A DNA stretch of 60,344 bases. Origin: a virus. Taxonomy: Duplodnaviria; Caudoviricetes. How positions within the stretch are numbered: position 1 is the first letter of the stretch; every line of letters starts with the position of its first letter. The stretch covers positions 1 to 60,344 of IMG/VR virus record IMGVR_UViG_3300032219_000250, one strand, 5' to 3'. Shown here in pieces: positions 46,578 to 53,561 of the stretch. The notes under the pieces were generated by a model. That model was not told where the DNA came from, did no database searches, and saw only the letters and a list, made by a program, of their open reading frames with translations. A program made the position numbers and the translations under genes.

Positions 46578-47483
46578 TCACCATTTCATGTTATTGAGAA
46601 TGGCATCGACCTTGGACTTCGTTTCCGCACGGAACGTGTCGTCGTCACGCAATGCGTCAGGTGATACACCGAGCATCGCATCCTCAAGGCGTACACGCAT
46701 GTTCTCCATACGTTGATCGCCTGTGATGTTGAACTTGGACAGTAGCCCAAGCATGTCACGTACGTTGTCCACGAGGGTGTCGCGGAATATCTTCTTGTCG
46801 TCCTTGCCCGAGTAGTCGAGCTTGGCAGACATGTTTGACAGTGCCTTGTATGTACGCTCCCACACGTCACCCATCGCAGACTGATATTGGTTGGCGTAGT
46901 GCGTTGCATATTGCTTGCGCAATTCCTCCTGTGCTTCGTGTCCGATGTTGAGTCGGAAGTCACCCACTTCGGGTATCGGTGTCTGTGCATGACGGAAGCG
47001 GAACTTAGACGCAACAATCTCGACGGACGGATAGTCATCGCTTGAAAACAAGTTACCGAGTCTTGCCTGTGCTTGGGCTTGCGCCCATCCGTATTCCTGT
47101 ACGAACTCATTGACCAAGGCAAAGTACTTGTTCTCCGCTTCGGTCAGTAGTCCGTAGTATTCGGGGAACATGGAAGTCGGCAGTAGGCGAACGCCTAGGT
47201 CTGACCAAGGCATCGTCAGGTGATAGTGGATGTTGGTACGTGTGTGGGCGATGTGCTTCTGAACGGCATCAAGTGTCGGTGAGGCAATCAGCTTCTTGTG
47301 GAACGCACCCGCATCATCTGACGCACCATTGGCAGTAGTCGTTTCCTTGGTCGCCTTGCGGTCGAGCTTTCGTGCAGTCCAGTTACCGATAGACAACTCA
47401 GCGAACATGGCAGACGATGAGATTGAGGGAGCCGTGACTTGGGGGGTCTCGGCGGCGAGGTGGTTTAGCAGTTGGTTTTCCAT
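46578..47483 (-). CDS. DUF3150-like helical protein
   Basis: LSIGNWTARKLD, TMPWSD.G.RLLP, LG.LF...DYP, KIFRDTL. Confidence 0.6.
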   Translation of the reverse strand: MENQLLNHLAAETPQVTAPSISSSAMFAELSIGNWTARKLDRKATKETTTANGASDDAGAFHKKLIASPTLDAVQKHIAHTRTNIHYHLTMPWSDLGVRLLPTSMFPEYYGLLTEAENKYFALVNEFVQEYGWAQAQAQARLGNLFSSDDYPSVEIVASKFRFRHAQTPIPEVGDFRLNIGHEAQEELRKQYATHYANQYQSAMGDVWERTYKALSNMSAKLDYSGKDDKKIFRDTLVDNVRDMLGLLSKFNITGDQRMENMRVRLEDAMLGVSPDALRDDDTFRAETKSKVDAILNNMKW

Positions 47484-47632
47484 TTCATTTCTCCAGAAGG
47501 GTTTTGATTAACATACAAAAAACATACTAGGACGTGTCCTAGAACGTGGTCGGTAGCTAATGCCGTGTAGTGAACAGGTGAGTAAACTCAACTGAATAAC
47601 ACTACTTACAAACATTAACCAACCGAATACAT

Positions 47633-47661
47633 AGTATATCACAGGTTGACACTCAACGCAA
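47633..47661 (-). promoter_or_regulatory. sigma70-like early promoter
   Basis: TTGCGT-17 nt-TATACT with TG extension. Confidence 0.7.
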
Positions 47662-47847
47662 TCTTTGCAGATTCGTGTACAGGCACTCGTTGACATGGGT
47701 CTTACCCTTGGAGTCAACGTAGGATTCACCGCATCCCGATGCCCACTAAACAAGCAAGTAAGCAAAGAACACGACAAACACAGCACCAAGGGCGGCTTGG
47801 GCTAACCACACTAGGACACGTCCTAGGATTTCAAGAAGTAGGCGCAT
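47653..47847 (-). pseudogene. small membrane protein gene interrupted by an in-frame TAG at 47746-47748
   Basis: SD GGAGG; MRLLLEILGRVLVWLAQAALGAVFVVFFAYLLV*WASGCGESYVDSKGKTHVNECLYTNLQRLR*. Confidence 0.6.
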
Positions 47848-47848
47848 T

Positions 47849-48076
47849 TCAGTTATCCTCCTTCGTGCACTCGGTGAGGGTCATGTCGGCGTTGACACGC
47901 AACACGGCATAGCCGTAGTAGTTCTCGGTGGCTATGAACATGCCGGATTCAAGCGGCGCGTTGGGCTTGGGGTTACCCTGCGCATCAGTCACGCACCAAC
48001 CCATACCAAGGAACCCGCCACGGCACCCGCTGAGAATACGGTCGTGAAGTTGTTCTGCTATCTTTTCGGTTTTCAT
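47849..48076 (-). CDS. hypothetical early protein
   Basis: SD AGGAG; ATGA coupling. Confidence 0.6.
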   Translation of the reverse strand: MKTEKIAEQLHDRILSGCRGGFLGMGWCVTDAQGNPKPNAPLESGMFIATENYYGYAVLRVNADMTLTECTKEDN

Positions 48077-48354
48077 TTGGCATCTCCTACCATGTTGTCG
48101 TATTGCTCCCACGCCTCACACACAGGGCATCCGTCTTCGTGCTCGGGGCAACGCTCGCCCCAATAGAACAACACCGCCTCATGCACAGGGTTGTTGTCAG
48201 GTGCAGTGTTTGTGTTGGCATCCACATCACAGGGGGTGTGTCCCTCACTTGGCGGGAAAATTAAACTGAGCATGGCAGTGCGCACCTCGGGTGCAAGGGG
48301 TTCACGCACCTCATCGAAAATGTCGATGGTGCGGTTGTCTTCGGGTTGTTTCAT
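48073..48354 (-). CDS. hypothetical early protein with Cys cluster
   Basis: YWGERCPEHEDGCPVCEAW. Confidence 0.65.
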   Translation of the reverse strand: MKQPEDNRTIDIFDEVREPLAPEVRTAMLSLIFPPSEGHTPCDVDANTNTAPDNNPVHEAVLFYWGERCPEHEDGCPVCEAWEQYDNMVGDAK

Positions 48355-48650
48355 GTTGTCCTCTTTGGGTTAAGTTGTTTCAGGGTATCGGTGTCGAAAC
48401 ACGCGATGTAGTTGGACTTGTTCATCGGCACGATGGTGTGCTTGACCTGACGTGCGGCTTTCTCTCCGCAGTCAAGGCAAGTGGTGTAGCCGAGATGCGA
48501 ACGCATGGGCGGGACGCGAACGGCATAACAACACGTGCAAATAAGTTGGTGTGCGTGATGTTCACGCACAGGGGCACCCCCAATCTTGGGGGGTTTTGGC
48601 TTGCGCACGAGCATCGTGCGGTCGCCTCGTTGGGTAACGACAAGTGGCAT
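48351..48650 (-). CDS. DksA/TraR-like C4 zinc-finger early protein
   Basis: SD GGAGG; CTCC...VPPMR..LGYTTCLDCGE. Confidence 0.6.
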   Translation of the reverse strand: MPLVVTQRGDRTMLVRKPKPPKIGGAPVREHHAHQLICTCCYAVRVPPMRSHLGYTTCLDCGEKAARQVKHTIVPMNKSNYIACFDTDTLKQLNPKRTT

Positions 48651-48785
48651 ATAACCTCCATAAAGAGTCGAACAACAAAGAAGAAAAGCCCTAGGACGTG
48701 TCCTAGGAAGAACAGTGGTAGGGGCGAACAATCGAACTAAGCGAACAAAGAACAAACCGAACAAACGAACTACCACTGAACATAT

Positions 48786-48814
48786 AGTATACCACAAGTG
48801 GTAGGGGATGTCAA
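48786..48814 (-). promoter_or_regulatory. strong sigma70 early promoter
   Basis: TTGACA-17 nt-TATACT with TG extension. Confidence 0.85.
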
Positions 48815-48894
48815 TCTTTGCAGAATGGTGGTAAGAGGTGTTAGGGCGTGTAATGTACTAAATGTTCTTGAATGTTCGGTCGGTGGGAATGACG

Positions 48895-48907
48895 TAAGTC
48901 ATTGATT
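48895..48907 (-). promoter_or_regulatory. IHF consensus site
   Basis: AATCAA-TGAC-TTA matches WATCAANNNNTTR. Confidence 0.5.
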
Positions 48908-49351
48908 TATAAGGTAAGTTCGTATAGTTCGTAATGTTCGGTGCTAAAAGGGGTTTGGCGAAACGGAGGTGCACTAGGTTGTGTCCTAGGATAAATCCGC
49001 GAGGCTTGACCCTAGACGACCGTTTTGGCCGAAATCGCTCTAAAAACACCGAACATTAGAACACTATCAAAACACTACTTTTCTTATTAACTAATATCAA
49101 AATCTATCTATCAAAATATCTATTCCCATGCCTAAATGTGCGTAAACGTGCCAACTAATATACTGTACCTAATGTTCTTAACAGTTCCGAACATTACAGA
49201 ACAATATGCTAGGGAATACCCTAGTTTGATCAAACAGAAAACATGTTTGCCACGCTACGTTAGAACACTCGCGCCAGCGAACTTTAGAACAACCCGAACA
49301 AACGAACACTACGAACAAAGAACAAAACCTTTTCCCGAACAACCTGATGGG

Positions 49352-49516
49352 GGCGCAACGCTACTCTAGACACTGGTTTCGGGGACTAGGACACGTCCTA
49401 GTATGTTTACAAGTGGACTGGCTCATCAGGCTCATCGCTGGCTCATGTGGCATGCCACAGGCGCAACGCTACTTCAGGCACTGGTTTCGAAGACTAGGAT
49501 ACAACCTAGTGTGTTT
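49352..49516. repeat. 57-bp imperfect direct repeat (49352..49408 and 49460..49516)
   Basis: 48/57 identical by manual alignment; each copy contains a CTAGG-N6-CCTAG palindrome. Confidence 0.85.
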
Positions 49517-49546
49517 GTATGTAAATGGGGGAATTACTGTAAATAT

Positions 49547-49637
49547 GTACAGACGTAAAAAAGCCCCCTTGCGGGGGCATGCGGGAAAGAATCAGGGAAA
49601 GTACAGACGAAAAAAAGCCCCCTTGCGGGGGCTTTTT
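49547..49637 (-). terminator. tandem duplicated terminators GCCCCC-GCAA-GGGGGC plus T-run
   Basis: Hairpins at 49563..49578 and 49617..49632, each followed on the minus strand by T6-7 and CGTCTGTAC; third hairpin copy at 49860..49875. Confidence 0.8.
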
Positions 49638-49650
49638 GGAGGGGGAGAGA

Positions 49651-49842
49651 TTACAGAGTGCTGAAAGCACTTGAATCATTATCATAAAACCAGTCTGTAT
49701 AAGAGTAGATGCTACCCTCACAAGACAAGTATTGTCCGTGCACTGGTTCGTCTAATGTTGACTCTTCTAATCCGGCCTCTTCGAGGGTTTCGAATTCAAC
49801 AACATCTTCCCATTGCATTTCGTCAACTAAATCTAATTGCAT
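49651..49842 (-). CDS. 63-aa highly acidic early protein (possible DNA mimic)
   Basis: SD AAAGGA; 17 Asp/Glu and no Lys/Arg. Confidence 0.6.
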   Translation of the reverse strand: MQLDLVDEMQWEDVVEFETLEEAGLEESTLDEPVHGQYLSCEGSIYSYTDWFYDNDSSAFSTL

Positions 49843-49883
49843 GATGTTATCCTTTGAAAGCCCCCTTGCGGGGGCTTTTGGGT

Positions 49884-50471
49884 TTAGACGGAGGGGGTGA
49901 TTTTCTTGATTTGATTCAAGAGCTTCACGCATTCCGTAACATCAAATTCAGGCTTTTCAATACCCTGATACTTGCTGATCACTTCATCCAGTGACTTTTG
50001 CAAACGCTGATGGAGAGTCTTTTTAGCTTTTGCGGCTTTTTGCTCATCCGTCATTGTCTCTTGCTCTTCGCGCTCCCTGAGCTTGCTTTCGAGCTTCCCA
50101 ATCAGCGAACCGATTTGGGTTTGCCAGTAGGCTTTCACCCCCTTGTCAACTTGCGACAAGGATTTGGTTTCAGCCGCAAGGATTTTTTGCACGTCCTTGT
50201 CTTGCTTGCTGATCACAATGCCGCGAACCCGATTCCGATTCTCCACTGTATCAGTACGCTTTGCATCCAAGTGAACCGGACGCATGCCCTTTGACCAGAG
50301 AAAATCAGTCACTTGCACCCATTTGTTTCTAGCTGTTATCTCAGCACCAAAAGCCTCACCGATTTTCTTTTCGACTTGATCGTCAAAAGTAAACGGGGGC
50401 AAAGCCGCAAGAGTTGCAACAGAACCAGTAACACCCGCCACAACAGTGGCAATCACGCTTTGAGCTTTCAT
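49884..50471 (-). CDS. first early gene, helical hypothetical protein
   Basis: SD GGAAGG before MKAQSVI; directly downstream of a promoter. Confidence 0.7.
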   Translation of the reverse strand: MKAQSVIATVVAGVTGSVATLAALPPFTFDDQVEKKIGEAFGAEITARNKWVQVTDFLWSKGMRPVHLDAKRTDTVENRNRVRGIVISKQDKDVQKILAAETKSLSQVDKGVKAYWQTQIGSLIGKLESKLREREEQETMTDEQKAAKAKKTLHQRLQKSLDEVISKYQGIEKPEFDVTECVKLLNQIKKITPSV

Positions 50472-50532
50472 TTGAAAGTCCTTCCAAAATGTCAGAGTAG
50501 GGATAAAACACCCTTTGAACCCGACAACCCCA

Positions 50533-50561
50533 ACTGTATAGATGTTATTAGGTGTCGTCAA
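50533..50561 (-). promoter_or_regulatory. sigma70-like early promoter
   Basis: TTGACG-17 nt-TACAGT. Confidence 0.7.
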
Positions 50562-50970
50562 TAGATATCAGAAACTATTTAAAAGTATTTTCTATTGACA
50601 AAAGATATTTCACTAGGACGCATCCTAGATTTTTTGGCGGGCATGGTCAGACCTTGACCCTACCGGAGGGGGGACACCCCAAATTGGTTTGGAGTCCCGT
50701 GGCTGCTATGGCTGCTATTCCACACACTCAGAGACCACTTTTTTTAAAATGGGTACTCCAGATGCTCATTGTGTTCGATTGTTCGCCGGGACGTACCTGT
50801 AATGAACACACAAAAAACGTGTTTGCCACGTGATTCCTAGACCCCCACCCCCGGGGCAGACATGAAACACACCCCCTATCAAAAATAGTACCCCCCTGTA
50901 AAAATTTTATTTTTTGTGGTATGGTGCAGACTTCTATGAGGCATTTCGCCACATAAGCGCACAATTTGAT

Positions 50971-51615
50971 ATGGAACATTTGGTCTGCACACCCGACCTC
51001 GGCGTGGCTCTGCCGCCCGAAGGTATGCCGTACCCGCTCCTAAAAGAGAGGGCAGAGGCCGCTTGTGCAACTATTGATCTGCTACTGGGTGCGGGACTCG
51101 ACCCACAACTGCTGATTCCAAAGCCTGAAGACCAAGACATTGCCGCTTCGGTGGTCGAGGCGTTTGCGCAAGACGAAGAAAAGACGAGCCAGTCGCTCAC
51201 CACCAACAAGATTTCCGCCATGACCCCTGCGTCCTTGCTCCTTGTAAAGAGCACATTGGATGAGTTTGGGCATGCAGTGGTGGAAAGGGCTACGCAGATT
51301 CGCCATTTGGTGACAAATAAGCTGGTTTTGGAGTCAGAGAACCCTGATCCTAAGATCAGAATCCGTGCGTTGGAGTTGCTTGGCAAGATTTCAGACGTGG
51401 GGCTGTTTACCGAACGCTCCGAAGTGGTCATTACTGCACGTTCTACGGAAGAATTGAAGCAGACTTTACGTGATAAGTTCAACAAACTGCGTGCAAAGAT
51501 GGATGTGGTTGATGTTGAGATGGTTCAGCCCGTGCAGACCATCAATTTGGACGAAGAACTGGGTATTCCAGCCCCTAAAACCGAAGAAATTGCAGAAGAA
51601 GGGGTCAGAAATTGA
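50971..51615 (+). CDS. terS: terminase small subunit (putative)
   Basis: Immediately upstream of terL; RIRALELLGKISDVGLFTER motif; start codon uncertain (50914 possible). Confidence 0.65.
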   Translation: MEHLVCTPDLGVALPPEGMPYPLLKERAEAACATIDLLLGAGLDPQLLIPKPEDQDIAASVVEAFAQDEEKTSQSLTTNKISAMTPASLLLVKSTLDEFGHAVVERATQIRHLVTNKLVLESENPDPKIRIRALELLGKISDVGLFTERSEVVITARSTEELKQTLRDKFNKLRAKMDVVDVEMVQPVQTINLDEELGIPAPKTEEIAEEGVRN

Positions 51616-53183
51616 GTTCTACCCCTCAAATCCAAGCTGAAGACCTCTCCGATGAGGAAATCGACTTTATGGTCGAGAATATTGAGCAGTTTGAAGAGGA
51701 AGAACGTGCGGAAATTATGGCGGCGGCAGGTGCCCTGTCAGCCAGACGCCATGCGGCGGCGTGTCATGCAGACTTAATTGAGTTTTGCAAGCACATGCAA
51801 CCAGACTACAAGGTTGGTAAGCACCACCGCATCTTGGCAGACCTCCTGATGGAGATTGCAGAGGGGCGAAAAGACCGTATTTGCGTGAATATTCCGCCTC
51901 GTCACGGTAAATCTCAGCTTGTGTCAATATATTTCCCCGCTTGGTTCATAGGGAAATACCCTAATAAAAAGGTGATGATGGTGTCCCACACCACCGATCT
52001 GGCGGTGGATTTTGGTCGAAAGGTGCGAAACATCATCGACACCGACTTGTACCGTGACATTTTCCCAACAGTGGGGCTTGCCGCTGACTCCAAGTCAGCA
52101 GGGCGTTGGAACACCGCCGCAGGTGGTGAGTACTACGCTTGCGGTATCGGTAGCTCAATCGCAGGTCGCGGTGCTGACTTGCTTCTTGTCGATGACCCGC
52201 ACTCCGAGCAGGACGTGCTGAACGGCAACTTTGATGTGTTTGACAAGGCGTATGAGTGGTTCACCTTCGGTGCTCGTACTCGTCTGATGCCCGGTGGTCG
52301 CGTTGCGATCATTCAAACACGTTGGCACTTGGCTGACTTGACAGGGCGCGTGATCAAGGACATGGCGCAGAACGAAGGCTCTGACCAATACGATGTGGTC
52401 GAGTTCCCTGCAATCCTTGAACTGCCAGACCCAAACAACGACCACATGACGATTGAGAAACCGCTGTGGCCTGAGTTCTTCGACTTAAAAGCACTGCACA
52501 GAACCAAGGCTTCGATGCCTCTGTTCCAGTGGAACGCCCAGTATCAGCAGAACCCCACTGCCGAGGAAGCCGCTATCGTTAAGCGCGAGTGGTGGAACTA
52601 CTGGAAAGAAGAAGACCCGCCGCACTGCGAGTACGTCATCATGTCTCTTGACTCTGCGGCAGAAGCGCACAACCGTGCCGACTTCACTGCGCTCACAACG
52701 TGGGGTGTGTTCCTCAATGAGAAGGACGACCGCTACAACATCATCCTGCTCAACTCAATCAAGCGGCGTGTTGAATTTCCTGAACTCAAGCGCCTGTGCT
52801 ACACCGAGTGGCAGGACTGGGAGCCAGACTCGTTCATTGTGGAGAAGAAGTCCTCGGGAACGCAGTTGTACCAAGAGATCAGACGCACAGGTATACCTGT
52901 ACAAGAATTCACCCCCCACAGAGGGACAGGCGACAAGACAGCACGTCTGAACTCAGTAGCCGACATCATCCAGTCTGGACTGGTGTGGGTGCCCGAGACG
53001 CGATGGGCAGAGGAGGTGGTCGAAGAAATTGCCGCCTTCCCATTCGCACAGCATGATGACTTGGTGGACTCAACTGTAATGGCGCTCATGCGCTTTAGAG
53101 CAGGAGGGTTTATCAGGTTGCCCGACGACGAGGCAGAAGAGCCACGGTTCTTCAAGTCACGAGGTCGTGGTGGATATTATTAA
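51612..53183 (+). CDS. terL: terminase large subunit
   Basis: PPRHGKS Walker A, GRGADLLLVDDP Walker B, QTRWH..DL.G, nuclease SLDSA, HDDLVDS. Confidence 0.95.
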   Translation: MSSTPQIQAEDLSDEEIDFMVENIEQFEEEERAEIMAAAGALSARRHAAACHADLIEFCKHMQPDYKVGKHHRILADLLMEIAEGRKDRICVNIPPRHGKSQLVSIYFPAWFIGKYPNKKVMMVSHTTDLAVDFGRKVRNIIDTDLYRDIFPTVGLAADSKSAGRWNTAAGGEYYACGIGSSIAGRGADLLLVDDPHSEQDVLNGNFDVFDKAYEWFTFGARTRLMPGGRVAIIQTRWHLADLTGRVIKDMAQNEGSDQYDVVEFPAILELPDPNNDHMTIEKPLWPEFFDLKALHRTKASMPLFQWNAQYQQNPTAEEAAIVKREWWNYWKEEDPPHCEYVIMSLDSAAEAHNRADFTALTTWGVFLNEKDDRYNIILLNSIKRRVEFPELKRLCYTEWQDWEPDSFIVEKKSSGTQLYQEIRRTGIPVQEFTPHRGTGDKTARLNSVADIIQSGLVWVPETRWAEEVVEEIAAFPFAQHDDLVDSTVMALMRFRAGGFIRLPDDEAEEPRFFKSRGRGGYY

Positions 53184-53196
53184 AAGGAGAGATGAG

Positions 53197-53559
53197 ATGT
53201 ACATGATGGAGAAACTGGATGCGTACAAGCAAGAGATCGAGCGCACGATCACGTGGCAAGAGTGGTACAAGCAGAACTACTGGATAACCAACAAAGACGT
53301 ACCTGACTACCACAAAGAACTGATGCTTCGATACGGCAACGAGATGCTACGCATCCACGACGACCTCAAAAAATACTGTAATGCTTTACTTATTAAGGCA
53401 CAGGAGCACAATTCGTCTGTCGATAGATTGGTGTTTGATCTTCGCAAGCTCCATGAGGACTATGCGAAACTTGACAAAAAGTACAAGGCGTTGAAGAAGA
53501 AAACAACGCCTACAAAGAAACCTGCGGCTAAGAAAGTCGCTAAACCTAAAGGAACCTGA
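53197..53559 (+). CDS. coiled-coil protein with Lys/Ala/Pro-rich tail, inserted between terL and portal
   Basis: SD AAGGAG; C-terminal KKKTTPTKKPAAKKVAKPK. Confidence 0.65.
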   Translation: MYMMEKLDAYKQEIERTITWQEWYKQNYWITNKDVPDYHKELMLRYGNEMLRIHDDLKKYCNALLIKAQEHNSSVDRLVFDLRKLHEDYAKLDKKYKALKKKTTPTKKPAAKKVAKPKGT

Positions 53560-53561
53560 GT

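Larger units (their letters stand above)
42413..50628. repeat. dispersed 16-bp palindrome family CTAGG-N6-CCTAG (core CTAGGACACGTCCTAG), 12 copies
   Basis: Starts at 42413, 44392, 45343, 46516, 47527, 47811, 48691, 48974, 49209, 49386, 49494 and 50613. Confidence 0.9.

Noticed and set aside
48720-49340. LexA boxes from GAAC/GTTC repeats
   Set aside because: Spacing is mostly 7-10 nt and does not consistently match GTTC-N7-GTTC or GAAC-N4-GTTC.
49370-49490. Hammerhead ribozyme suggested by minus-strand CTGATGA (49423-29) and CGAAAC in both direct repeats
   Set aside because: Stem II does not close between the two core motifs and no stem III/I pairing around a GUH site could be built.
49352-49637. 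Mini CRISPR array
   Set aside because: Only two copies of each repeat, lengths and spacers do not fit, and there are no cas genes. The Cas4-like gene is an ordinary phage replication nuclease.
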